13,585 nucleotides of DNA from Candidatus Thorarchaeota archaeon (GCA_029858305.1 JAOUFI010000057.1:1-13585); one strand, 5' to 3'; counted from the first letter of the stretch, positions 1 through 8,141 are shown. Program-made: numbers and translations. Notes: generated by a model not told the origin, from the letters alone.

Positions 1-668
1 TCATTTTGCGCGAGCATAGGAAGGGCTGTTCGAGGTTCAATTAGACGTTTCCTGATGGCATCATCCTTTATTGCACCTATTGACATTGATGTTGGGAAAA
101 AACCTGGAGCAATTGCATTTACACGAATATTGTGCTTTCCAAGTTCAACAGCCAATGCCTTTGTCATAGTAATCAGACCACCCTTTGAAGTATAATAGCT
201 AATCTCAGTAAACTCAGTCCCACCGTATCCGAATGTTGAGGATATGTTTATGATTGAACCAGATTTTTTGGGAATCATAACTTTAGCTACCTCTCGAGTC
301 GCAAGGAAGGCTGATGTGAGATTAACATTCATTACAAGGTTCCAATCATCGAGAGTCTGCTCCATGAGAGGTTTGACAATATACATCCCTGCGTTATTCA
401 CTAGCACATCAACTGTACCGAAATTACTCACTGTCTTCTCCACTAGATGAATGATATCTTTCTCTTTCGAGACATCAATCTTTAGCGGCATGGCTTTTAC
501 ACCATATTTTTCTGTGACTTCATCTGCTACTCTCTTTAGAAGATCTATGCGTCTAGCTCCAAGGACAACGTGAGCACCTGATTCTCCGAAAGCATGTGCA
601 AATTGCTCGCCAAGCCCTGCAGACGCGCCGGTGATAATCACAACTTTCTCATCGAGATTATACTTCAT
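1..668 (-). CDS. SDR family NAD(P)-dependent oxidoreductase (FabG/gluconate 5-dehydrogenase-like), 3' end truncated by the window edge
   Basis: Not in the ORF track because its stop lies outside the window. Manual translation from ATG at 668 gives MKYNLDEKVVIITGASAGLGEQFA..., with TGxxxGxG, VLVNNAG, IINISS, catalytic YxxxK (YYTSK) and IRVNAIAPG motifs. The frame is open to position 1. Confidence 0.95.
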   Translation of the reverse strand, partial: MKYNLDEKVVIITGASAGLGEQFAHAFGESGAHVVLGARRIDLLKRVADEVTEKYGVKAMPLKIDVSKEKDIIHLVEKTVSNFGTVDVLVNNAGMYIVKPLMEQTLDDWNLVMNVNLTSAFLATREVAKVMIPKKSGSIINISSTFGYGGTEFTEISYYTSKGGLITMTKALAVELGKHNIRVNAIAPGFFPTSMSIGAIKDDAIRKRLIEPRTALPMLAQN

Positions 669-677
669 TAATCTAAT

Positions 678-726
678 CTCCTGATAGACTCATACTATTG
701 TCTCATGTGAAAAACCCCTTAATAAA
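678..726 (-). promoter_or_regulatory. Putative TATA box and Shine-Dalgarno for the SDR gene
   Basis: Minus strand reads TTTATTAA (726-719) and AGGAG (682-678), the latter 9 nt before the ATG at 668. Confidence 0.5.
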
Positions 727-747
727 AACAGACATTGAATGAAGGAC

Positions 748-1212
748 TTAATCACACTCTGAAATGATCTTAGTATAATAGTTCTCGGAACGTACAAATC
801 CTTCCTTTTCATAGATGCCTTTACTCATCTTTGTATCATTGAGTGTCATCTTCTCTATTCCTCTTTCTCGACAAAGTTGAGTAATATGCCTCACGAGTGA
901 TGTCGCTATTCCTCTTCCACGATACTCAGGTTCCACGAACATATTGTAGAGATAAGCAAACCTTCCACTTGGATTTCTAGCTGAAGGATACGCAATGCAG
1001 AAACTTACTGCACAACCTCCAATTACTTGCTCTCCATATGTTGCGAGATAACACTCAATACTTGGGTCCCATGGCTCTTGCAGAAACTTATGCGTTGCAG
1101 TTTCAGTAGCTGAAATCATGTCCTCAGACCAGCCCATTGACCTTATCATTTCGATGCGATGATGGATAATTGTCTTGATATCATCTCTAGTTGCTTTTCT
1201 AATATGGATCAC
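748..1212 (-). CDS. GNAT family N-acetyltransferase
   Basis: IRKATRDDI N-terminal pattern and acetyl-CoA-binding motif A (NMFVEPEYRGRGIA), plus C-terminal GIYEKEGF. GTG at 1212 fits the domain boundary. TTG at 1221, or ATG at 1284 overlapping the upstream stop as ATGA, are alternative starts. Confidence 0.9.
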   Translation of the reverse strand: MIHIRKATRDDIKTIIHHRIEMIRSMGWSEDMISATETATHKFLQEPWDPSIECYLATYGEQVIGGCAVSFCIAYPSARNPSGRFAYLYNMFVEPEYRGRGIATSLVRHITQLCRERGIEKMTLNDTKMSKGIYEKEGFVRSENYYTKIISECD

Positions 1213-1280
1213 GGCGACCAATCTCAAAGCTGGTATGATATATTCGATAATTTGGATGTTCGGAATGTAGCAAGAAAGAA

Positions 1281-2255
1281 TCATTCCGGAGTAGTTCTGT
1301 CAATTGTGTCCTTAGAATCCAAGGAACGGTCTTTCCATCTGAGCTGATAGAGACGAAGCAAACCAATTGGAACAATAATAGCAAGCCAGATGACTACATC
1401 ACCAAGCGTTGACATTAGGCCCCTATTCCCAAGTGGATCCAGCCAGATTTGACCCAGTTTCATCATTGTGACAAGAGGTAAAATCAATATCAAACCAAAA
1501 ATCTGTTTCAACTGGACTGCATTGACTCGGCTGGCAAGTCTTGAACCAATCTGTCCTCCTATGAGCATCCCGAAGCCTAATGATATTGCAAAGTAAATAT
1601 TCACTGCTCCGACAAAGAAATTTAATGCTGTTCCAGCGGTTGTTGTGAAGATCATTATGAACATGGATGTAGCTACTGCAGCATGCATGGGCAATCCCAT
1701 CAGAACAGAAAGGACAGGCACGACGACAGCTCCTCCTCCAAGGCCAAGCAGTCCTGCAGAAATGCCGCCAATAAAAGCACCAAATAATGAAATCACCCAT
1801 TGTTTTCTTGTTATCTGAGAAACATTCCAATTTGCTAATTCTGAAATTAGGTCTCCTTTCCCTCTTTTCTTGGCAAAAAGCATCTTCAACGCAAGTGGCA
1901 TTAAAGCGATTCCAAATATGAGTCTTAACACATAAGGTGCTGTTATTAGAGTTCTAAGTAATACACCAAAGAGTGAGCCAGGAACAGAGAAGATTACAAG
2001 AATTAATCCAACTCTTAAGACGGTTGGACGTGGATTTTGATGCCAATATGCAACTGAGCTAGCAATTGACACAAATAGGGCACCTACAAGAGCTGTTGCT
2101 GGTGCTGATTGTTCATTAAAGATGCCAAAGAATACAATGAGAAGAAGAGGCGTGTTTAGAGTACCTCCTCCAATGCCAATCATCGAAGAGAGTGTACCTA
2201 CACCTATAGCAAATATCGTAACGAAAAGAATATCGACCAGCAGAATTTCCTGCAT
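1281..2255 (-). CDS. Sulfite exporter TauE/SafE (TSUP) family membrane protein
   Basis: Duplicated glycine-rich signatures (SSMIGIGGG..NTP and AGLLGLGGG..VVP), AAVATS and GGQIGSR, with multiple hydrophobic helices. SD AAGGTGG lies just upstream. Confidence 0.92.
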   Translation of the reverse strand: MQEILLVDILFVTIFAIGVGTLSSMIGIGGGTLNTPLLLIVFFGIFNEQSAPATALVGALFVSIASSVAYWHQNPRPTVLRVGLILVIFSVPGSLFGVLLRTLITAPYVLRLIFGIALMPLALKMLFAKKRGKGDLISELANWNVSQITRKQWVISLFGAFIGGISAGLLGLGGGAVVVPVLSVLMGLPMHAAVATSMFIMIFTTTAGTALNFFVGAVNIYFAISLGFGMLIGGQIGSRLASRVNAVQLKQIFGLILILPLVTMMKLGQIWLDPLGNRGLMSTLGDVVIWLAIIVPIGLLRLYQLRWKDRSLDSKDTIDRTTPE

Positions 2256-2259
2256 CTTG

Positions 2260-2303
2260 CCACCTTCTATATTCTGCCGAGGTCACAGTCCAGTACTTAA
2301 AAA
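2260..2303 (-). promoter_or_regulatory. Putative TATA box and Shine-Dalgarno for the TauE/SafE gene
   Basis: Minus strand reads TTTTTAAG (2303-2296) and AAGGTGG (2266-2260) before the ATG at 2255. Confidence 0.5.
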
Positions 2304-2327
2304 GTTGGATGTTGGAAGTTTTGTTTC

Positions 2328-2759
2328 TTAATCAGGAGTTCCTCTTTTGGCAATCATATAGAGCCCAATTAGGAATACTAGGAGGCCAATAAATATCAAA
2401 ATTGCCGCAAAATTCTGTTCTGTAAGATCCCTTGCAATGGCATTAATTGTTAATCCTCCAACAAGAACAAGAAATCCAATCACAGAAATCACCTTACCAG
2501 GTTTTGTATTATAGGACAAGAACTTTGGCAATTCTTCATCCCGAGGAATAACGGGGGCTTCTGATACTCTTACATTGGTCTTAAAGAAACGTGAACCGTC
2601 TTTTGAAATTGTGCCAAGCAATTCACCTGCTGATAACAGTTCATTAATCAATAAAGTAACATCCTCTGGATCGATATTGAGCTTTTCACCCATAGTAACA
2701 ATGGCACTGATATTATCGCTTAGAATAAGTTTGACAAGCTGTGATTTTTTATCTTCCAT
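2328..2759 (-). CDS. Hypothetical membrane protein: N-terminal PCI-like winged-helix domain plus two C-terminal TM helices (143 aa)
   Basis: Start moved to ATG 2759 because of SD GAGGT at 2771-2767. Residues 17-60 (ISAIVTMGEKLNIDPEDVTLLINELLSAGELLGTISKDGSRFFK) follow the PCI/winged-helix pattern. VISVIGFLVLVGGLTINAI and FAAILIFIGLLVFLIGLYMIA are likely TM segments. Confidence 0.75.
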   Translation of the reverse strand: MEDKKSQLVKLILSDNISAIVTMGEKLNIDPEDVTLLINELLSAGELLGTISKDGSRFFKTNVRVSEAPVIPRDEELPKFLSYNTKPGKVISVIGFLVLVGGLTINAIARDLTEQNFAAILIFIGLLVFLIGLYMIAKRGTPD

Positions 2760-2940
2760 TGTCACAACCTCTATAGTAGATGAGTCTTTGTACACTAAGG
2801 AGACTATCACTAAGACTTATGTTACTCAGGAATTACACCCAACTAGTGTATCAATATCTGTTTTTCTCTATGAGTACGGCTTCGTCAGCAGAGACCAAAC
2901 ACCTTATACGAGGATTTGTTAGGTTCGCCCTTGAGTCTAA

Positions 2941-3603
2941 ATGACAATTGGCAACAACATAAATGTGGCAACTCCAAAGAAATGGATGGACGGATGGGAC
3001 AAAATATACAGCCAAATGCTCTCTGCGACTGATGATGAGCTGGCTCGAATCGATGTCGGACATCGAACCCAGCAATTAGAGCATGCATTAGCAATTACCA
3101 AAACGGATACATCTGGTTTGAAAGTTTTAGAGCTGGGTAGTGGAGATGGAAATGTAGCCTGTTATCTTGCCCGCCTTGGGTGTCATGTGGTCGGAGTTGA
3201 TGCACTAGCAAGTGCAATAGCACTAGCTCAACGAAAATCCAAGATTCTTGGTTTCTCAGATCGAGTTGAGTTCCGTCTGGATGACATCGATGGCTGGTCA
3301 ATTCCCAAAGAATCATACAATGTAGTGATTGCGTTGCAATGTCTGCAGTATCTCTTTGACAGAACTATTCCCAGATTGAGAGAGGCAATGGCAGCAGTAA
3401 AGCCAGGTGGATTCTTTGTCTACAGTGGAAATATTCCACCTCACTTCGAGACAGATCCTCCAATACGGTTTGTTACGCCAGATGAATTGCGAAGCGAGCT
3501 TGAGGGCTGGACACTCCATGCTTTTGGTACAGAAGAGCGAATTCTCCATCCTAATGATCTGAGAGGATATGTTTGGGCGGTTGCACGGAAACCATTGCAT
3601 TAG
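2941..3603 (+). CDS. Class I SAM-dependent methyltransferase
   Basis: Motif I VLELGSGDG, post-I VVGVD, motif II-like YNVVIA and motif III VKPGGFFV. The substrate cannot be inferred. Confidence 0.93.
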   Translation: MTIGNNINVATPKKWMDGWDKIYSQMLSATDDELARIDVGHRTQQLEHALAITKTDTSGLKVLELGSGDGNVACYLARLGCHVVGVDALASAIALAQRKSKILGFSDRVEFRLDDIDGWSIPKESYNVVIALQCLQYLFDRTIPRLREAMAAVKPGGFFVYSGNIPPHFETDPPIRFVTPDELRSELEGWTLHAFGTEERILHPNDLRGYVWAVARKPLH

Positions 3604-3609
3604 TTTAGA

Positions 3610-4458
3610 CTAGGACTTAATCCCCCAGAAAACGACTTGTCCGAGGTTGGTTTCGTACAGTCCATTTTTTGAGAAGTTTTCTTCGATTATTCCTTGTAGC
3701 AATTTTCCTTCTACAATGCCCAACTCAGGAAATAAGTCCATAGTAACCTTGCTGATAAAGTTGTCAAGCATTGGACTCCTTGGTTCATCAAAGAATACAA
3801 AGGGTACAGTAATTCTCAGAATCCCATTTATTGCCAGTGACCTTTTGCACTCAGAAATTGCGGATGGTAGTTCATTTGGATTTGGAACGCCTCGTAGACG
3901 AATTTCTGAAACCGATCCGCTTTGTGTGTCGATAGAGTTGATATCATCTCCCATGTGCAAATAATCAATCCCAGTTTTACAAAGGATATCACCTGATCCA
4001 ATAATCGCAATTAACGGGGATTCATTGGATGCAATCACATCTCGGATCTCATGCAAATCTTCTACAGTCATATTTGGGAAAGCGGCAAAGAGAATACAGC
4101 CATTAGGTCGATTTATCTTTGGTTCTTTTCTGAGCTTGCAAAGAGTTCCAGAATTCTCATGTCTATAAATACAATAGAAGTGAAGAATGGTTTCTATGGC
4201 ATCTCGAAGACTCTCATTCAAGTAATCTTGAGCTCTAGGTCCGAGTTCATACATTCTCCTATAGGGTCCAAGGGGACCTGGTTGGAGCGCACTAACTACT
4301 AATTCATCTTCTTCCATGGCTTTGAGTAATTTTGGCAATCTTGTCCTTCCAGGATCAGCTATATCCGAAATTGAATATTGGATATCATAGATTGACGAGG
4401 GATGTCGGTCTATAGTGAGCAAGATTTTTCTCATAATATCTGATCGGGGGACCTTCAC
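3610..4458 (-). CDS. PadR-like winged-helix transcriptional regulator with a C-terminal degenerate methyltransferase-like domain
   Basis: GTG start with SD AGGTGA at 4468-4463. The N-terminus ILLTIDRHPSSIYDI...KLLKAMEEDELV...GPYRRMYELGPRAQDYL matches the PadR pattern. The C-terminus GDDINSIDTQSGSVSEI...AISECKRSLAINGILRITVP resembles class I MTase motifs II/III. Confidence 0.75.
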   Translation of the reverse strand: MKVPRSDIMRKILLTIDRHPSSIYDIQYSISDIADPGRTRLPKLLKAMEEDELVVSALQPGPLGPYRRMYELGPRAQDYLNESLRDAIETILHFYCIYRHENSGTLCKLRKEPKINRPNGCILFAAFPNMTVEDLHEIRDVIASNESPLIAIIGSGDILCKTGIDYLHMGDDINSIDTQSGSVSEIRLRGVPNPNELPSAISECKRSLAINGILRITVPFVFFDEPRSPMLDNFISKVTMDLFPELGIVEGKLLQGIIEENFSKNGLYETNLGQVVFWGIKS

Positions 4459-4462
4459 TATC

Positions 4463-4502
4463 TCACCTACTATACAAATTGTAGTGAAATATTTCCTTAA
4501 TA
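4463..4502 (-). promoter_or_regulatory. Promoter region of the PadR-like gene with candidate operator palindromes
   Basis: On the minus strand: TATTAA (4502-4497), perfect palindrome GAAATATTTC (4486-4495), TACAA-A-TTGTA (4473-4483) and SD AGGTGA (4468-4463). Confidence 0.45.
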
Positions 4503-4601
4503 CTCAAACGTTCAACGCCAACATTATGCCAGATTGAATAAAGAGCTTCGAAAAAGATAGGCAGGGCTGTAGATGGACATTAAGAAAATCCCTGTAAGGT
4601 A

Positions 4602-5504
4602 TTAGATTGCCAGTATAACAAGCATAACTCCTGCTACAGTGAGTACAACTCCGATAATCGATTTGGAACTGAATTTCTCCTTAAGAGTCATGATCGAGAT
4701 AGGAACGGCAAAGAGAGGAGATGTGGACCCAAGTAGTGCTGAGATTGGTGCACCTATGAGTTTGACAGTATATGTATATAGAAGAGATCCTAATGTCATT
4801 CCTAGAAATCCCGCAGCAACAACAATTTTTGCCGACCTTCGAGTTGGAAGACGCATTCCGAGTTTAATTGAGCCGAGGAATATTGGAACAAATATCATAC
4901 CTCCGAATAGCATTCTAATGAAATTTGCATCAATTGGATCTATTCCTGTAACACCTATCTGAAGCAGTACAGTTCCGAATGCCCAAGCGAGTGCGGCGAG
5001 AAAAGCCAAGCCTATACCTAAGGCATCGAATTTTTTCATGCCATTCCGTTTATTCTTTTCAGCTTGCTCTCTTGATATTAATGTCACACCTAGAACGGCC
5101 ACAATGATACCGATGAATCTGCTTATGATGATAGTTTCATTCACTAGGAAGATGGCAACGATATAGGTCAAAATTGGATAGATATTCGCAATCGGGAAAG
5201 CATAGGATACACCAATCCTCTCCTGGCTAGTGAGGTAGATCACATCGCCAATGACCAATCCAATTGTCACTGAACTAGCTAAGTAGATCATATTCTCAAA
5301 GGGTACATAGAAAGGTGTTGTCCTAAATGGAATAATGACAATCAAAGACATGAAAACCATAGCAGCCCACATTTTCATTGCGTTAATCGCTATCGGCGTT
5401 GCTTCCTTACTTTGGGATTTGTAAACGTTAGTTGATACTGCCCAAAGAAACGATGTAAACAAACCGATTATGCTTCCGATGATAAGTTCTGGTGTGAGCT
5501 GCAT
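4602..5504 (-). CDS. DMT/EamA family transporter
   Basis: 300 aa with about 10 TM helices in two repeats. Typical segments are FLWA, IGVSYAFPI..IYPI..FLVNE, ALAWA and IGAPISALL..TSPLF..LKEK. Confidence 0.93.
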   Translation of the reverse strand: MQLTPELIIGSIIGLFTSFLWAVSTNVYKSQSKEATPIAINAMKMWAAMVFMSLIVIIPFRTTPFYVPFENMIYLASSVTIGLVIGDVIYLTSQERIGVSYAFPIANIYPILTYIVAIFLVNETIIISRFIGIIVAVLGVTLISREQAEKNKRNGMKKFDALGIGLAFLAALAWAFGTVLLQIGVTGIDPIDANFIRMLFGGMIFVPIFLGSIKLGMRLPTRRSAKIVVAAGFLGMTLGSLLYTYTVKLIGAPISALLGSTSPLFAVPISIMTLKEKFSSKSIIGVVLTVAGVMLVILAI

Positions 5505-5549
5505 ATGGATATCAGAGAGTGGTTGCTGAAGGTCTTATTGAAGCTATTC

Positions 5550-5561
5550 TATTGTACAATA
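5550..5561. promoter_or_regulatory. Perfect 12-bp palindrome, candidate transcription-factor site
   Basis: TATTGTACAATA in the divergent intergenic region between the DMT gene and ORF 5709. Confidence 0.35.
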
Positions 5562-5708
5562 TTCAATCACAATGTACTTGGCTTTCCGCGGTCTGTATTC
5601 GTTCAGAATTCAATTTTCAACGAGAGATTCTCTTGTACCTAGAGAAAAGAGTCTTCGAAACACATATTGCAATCACTTTGTACACGAGTGATATGAAGTG
5701 CGTTTCCT

Positions 5709-6446
5709 ATGTCAGATAGACTTGACGAGCTTGAAAGAATTCGTAGCCTTGTTCAGGCAAGTGCACCAGAAGTGACTTCAGAAACACGAAAAGCATTCTG
5801 GAAATTTGTACGACAGATAAAACGTGAAGTCGAGCCTAATCAAGAGGAAGTCGCGATTGCGTCAGAGATTCGAAATATCCTATTCATGTTAGACAGAGGG
5901 AAGACATATCCTATCGTTCCGTTCCTAGGCATTGAGATTGCTGGGGGACTTGTTTCATTTCTTGTTTTTCTCTATGGCTTGACAATTCCAATCAGTTGGA
6001 TTGACATCCTCTCTTGGTCGTTCACTGATATCGTTGTGGTCTTGATCAGGTTTCTTGGTCTCTTTTTTGTCGTAGCACTAATCTATCCTTGCGGGAGAAT
6101 AATCGCTGGGAGACTGTTCGGTATTCGTTTGGAAGCCTGGTGTTTTGATGAATATAAGGAGCCCACACTAAAGATAGATTATGTCTCATTCCTTCTTGCT
6201 CGACCAAGTAGAAGAAAGTGGTTTTTCTTCATCTCCGGATTATGGACTTTAATACTCTCGATTATTATCGGCATTATTGGATTCGTCCTTGGTGGTGACC
6301 TCTTAGGATTCTTCTTCAGCTTTTTCTTAATTCTATTTTACACATATGTGATACAGACCGGAACAACTTCTCATGGTCGAGGTGAGATGGCGCATTACAA
6401 CAGGGAAAAGATGATTGAGAAGAGCTGGAGAAAAAGGTTGGTTTAG
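5709..6446 (+). CDS. Hypothetical integral membrane protein (about 4 TM), possibly a degenerate M50/site-2-protease-like fold
   Basis: 245-aa ORF with a charged helical N-terminus and four hydrophobic stretches. It contains the segment IYPCGRIIAGRLFGIRL...PTLKIDYVSFLLARPSRRKWFFFISG. Coding status is well supported; the function is speculative. Confidence 0.7.
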   Translation: MSDRLDELERIRSLVQASAPEVTSETRKAFWKFVRQIKREVEPNQEEVAIASEIRNILFMLDRGKTYPIVPFLGIEIAGGLVSFLVFLYGLTIPISWIDILSWSFTDIVVVLIRFLGLFFVVALIYPCGRIIAGRLFGIRLEAWCFDEYKEPTLKIDYVSFLLARPSRRKWFFFISGLWTLILSIIIGIIGFVLGGDLLGFFFSFFLILFYTYVIQTGTTSHGRGEMAHYNREKMIEKSWRKRLV

Positions 6447-6500
6447 CTACTCCACTTTCATACCATCCTCAACTGCATTGCGGTAATGTATTAGATTTTA

Positions 6501-6600
6501 TTGTGAATAGTCACAAGTTGGGACCTCGAAATGAGTCCCCCCTTGGTGGCTCCTCATTATATAGTTTTGATTCTCAAAAATGAGTGGTTCTTCTAAGGAG
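6501..6600 (+). promoter_or_regulatory. MFS gene promoter: TATA box flanked by two related inverted repeats, plus SD
   Basis: TTGTGA-N4-TCACAA (6501-6516), TTATATA (6557-6563), TTTTGA-N3-TCAAAA (6565-6579) and AAGGAG (6595-6600) before ATG 6612. Confidence 0.55.
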
Positions 6601-6611
6601 TACTGCAAGAA

Positions 6612-8120
6612 ATGAGTAGGACTTCAAGCTTCATGGGATTCACGGAGGCTGATGAGAAGGCGGTTCACCTTGGTAGAATTCTCATGATTCTCCTTCCAAC
6701 CGCTAACATCATCTTTACATTGAGTACTACTTTCTATACTATTTTCATTGCTGAAGCTTTGGGTGGTCCCGATGGATTCATTGGTGGATTAGGTCTATTA
6801 GGGGTTCTTGCAGCAATAGAGATGATCACTCAAACCATTCTTGACTATCCGAGTGGTGCATTAGGTGATGCAATTGGACAGCGGTGGGTAATAGCTATTG
6901 GGAACTCGCTGTATGGAGTGGTCTTCTTTATGGTTTCCTTCGTTACTCCCACAACACCTTTTCTTTACCTAGTAGCTATCTTCGTTCTTCAAGGTCTTGC
7001 TCAATCACAGATTAGTGGAGCATGGGGCGCATGGTTTGATAATAATTACAAAGTCGCCATGCCAAAAGATAAGGATAGAAAGCAATATGGAGTATTTTGG
7101 GGTCGTATGGGTATGATTGCACAGATTGCATCAACTGCAGCGCTCATTCCAGGTAGTATACTTGCAGTTGCTTTTCAGAGACCCTTTGTCTTTCAGCTTC
7201 AGGCTATAGGTGCTGTGTTCTTTGCATTCCTTGTCCTACGGTACATTAGAGACTTTCCTGAAGTGGAAGCACTACGTAAGCAACGCCCATCAATGAGTGA
7301 GTATACTTCTCTTTTGAAAGAGGGTGTAACATATCTCTGGAAGACTCCCTTTGTCAAATATCTAGTGTTGGGCTCGATGCTTGCGGCGAGTGCAATCTCT
7401 GTGTGGGGTCAATTGATTCTATTTCCTCTCTATTACAGTTACTTAATCACCGATGTAGCAGTTGCCACATACCGGACAGTCGCTTTCATACCAGGAGTTG
7501 CAGCAAACGAGCGTTCGGGGATATGGTCACAGAGATTTGAGCCGAAGAAATGGATTCCACGATTCAGACTTCTACAAGCATGTGGTTTTGTATTCTTTCT
7601 AGTTCTTGCTTTCATCATGTTTGTCTTTCCTCCAGTCGGAGATGCAGCTCAGATGGTCACAATCATGTGGCCCTTCACATCGTTAGTCCTCATTGAGATA
7701 CCACTGCAGCACATTGTTCCAATTATTATTCTCTTTAGTCTCTTCACGATTACGATGTTCTTTGGGGGCTTCGCTGAAATCCTCACTCAGCGAGTACTAC
7801 TTGATGCTATACCAAGCAGAAATCGAAATTCGCTCTACTCTCTACAGCCAACAATTCTCCTTATCTTAGCAACTCCACAGATTGCGATTCTTGGTTGGGT
7901 CATTCCAATTATGGGTTTCCCGGCTACTCTACTCATTTGTGGACTTGTATCACTGTCTGGCGTCTTCATCATCAGATATGCACTGACACTTGAAAAACCA
8001 GTAATAGAGGACGAGGATACGAACCCTGCTCTAAAAGAGCACAAAGAAGACATCGATATATTGCGATCGGAAACTCCATCAGAAGAAACGGAAGAAGTTG
8101 TTAGAGCCATACAGGAGTGA
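6612..8120 (+). CDS. Major facilitator superfamily transporter
   Basis: 502 aa with about 12 TM helices, MFS motif A variant DYPSGALGDAIGQRW, cytoplasmic IPSRNRNS loop and an acidic C-terminal tail. Confidence 0.92.
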   Translation: MSRTSSFMGFTEADEKAVHLGRILMILLPTANIIFTLSTTFYTIFIAEALGGPDGFIGGLGLLGVLAAIEMITQTILDYPSGALGDAIGQRWVIAIGNSLYGVVFFMVSFVTPTTPFLYLVAIFVLQGLAQSQISGAWGAWFDNNYKVAMPKDKDRKQYGVFWGRMGMIAQIASTAALIPGSILAVAFQRPFVFQLQAIGAVFFAFLVLRYIRDFPEVEALRKQRPSMSEYTSLLKEGVTYLWKTPFVKYLVLGSMLAASAISVWGQLILFPLYYSYLITDVAVATYRTVAFIPGVAANERSGIWSQRFEPKKWIPRFRLLQACGFVFFLVLAFIMFVFPPVGDAAQMVTIMWPFTSLVLIEIPLQHIVPIIILFSLFTITMFFGGFAEILTQRVLLDAIPSRNRNSLYSLQPTILLILATPQIAILGWVIPIMGFPATLLICGLVSLSGVFIIRYALTLEKPVIEDEDTNPALKEHKEDIDILRSETPSEETEEVVRAIQE

Positions 8121-8141
8121 TGGGATTTTACCCATCACTCC
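8114..8141. terminator. Perfect 11-bp hairpin between convergent genes (candidate terminator or RNA-stability element)
   Basis: GGAGTGATGGG-ATTTTA-CCCATCACTCC. The left arm contains the MFS stop codon TGA (8118-8120). No poly-U tract follows directly. Confidence 0.55.

Noticed and set aside
244-450. 68-aa plus-strand ORF
   Set aside because: Antisense shadow of the SDR gene, which has complete family motifs.
5519-5719. 66-aa ORF filling a divergent intergenic region
   Set aside because: No SD or motif, and it occupies the space needed for two promoters. Not excluded, but unsupported.
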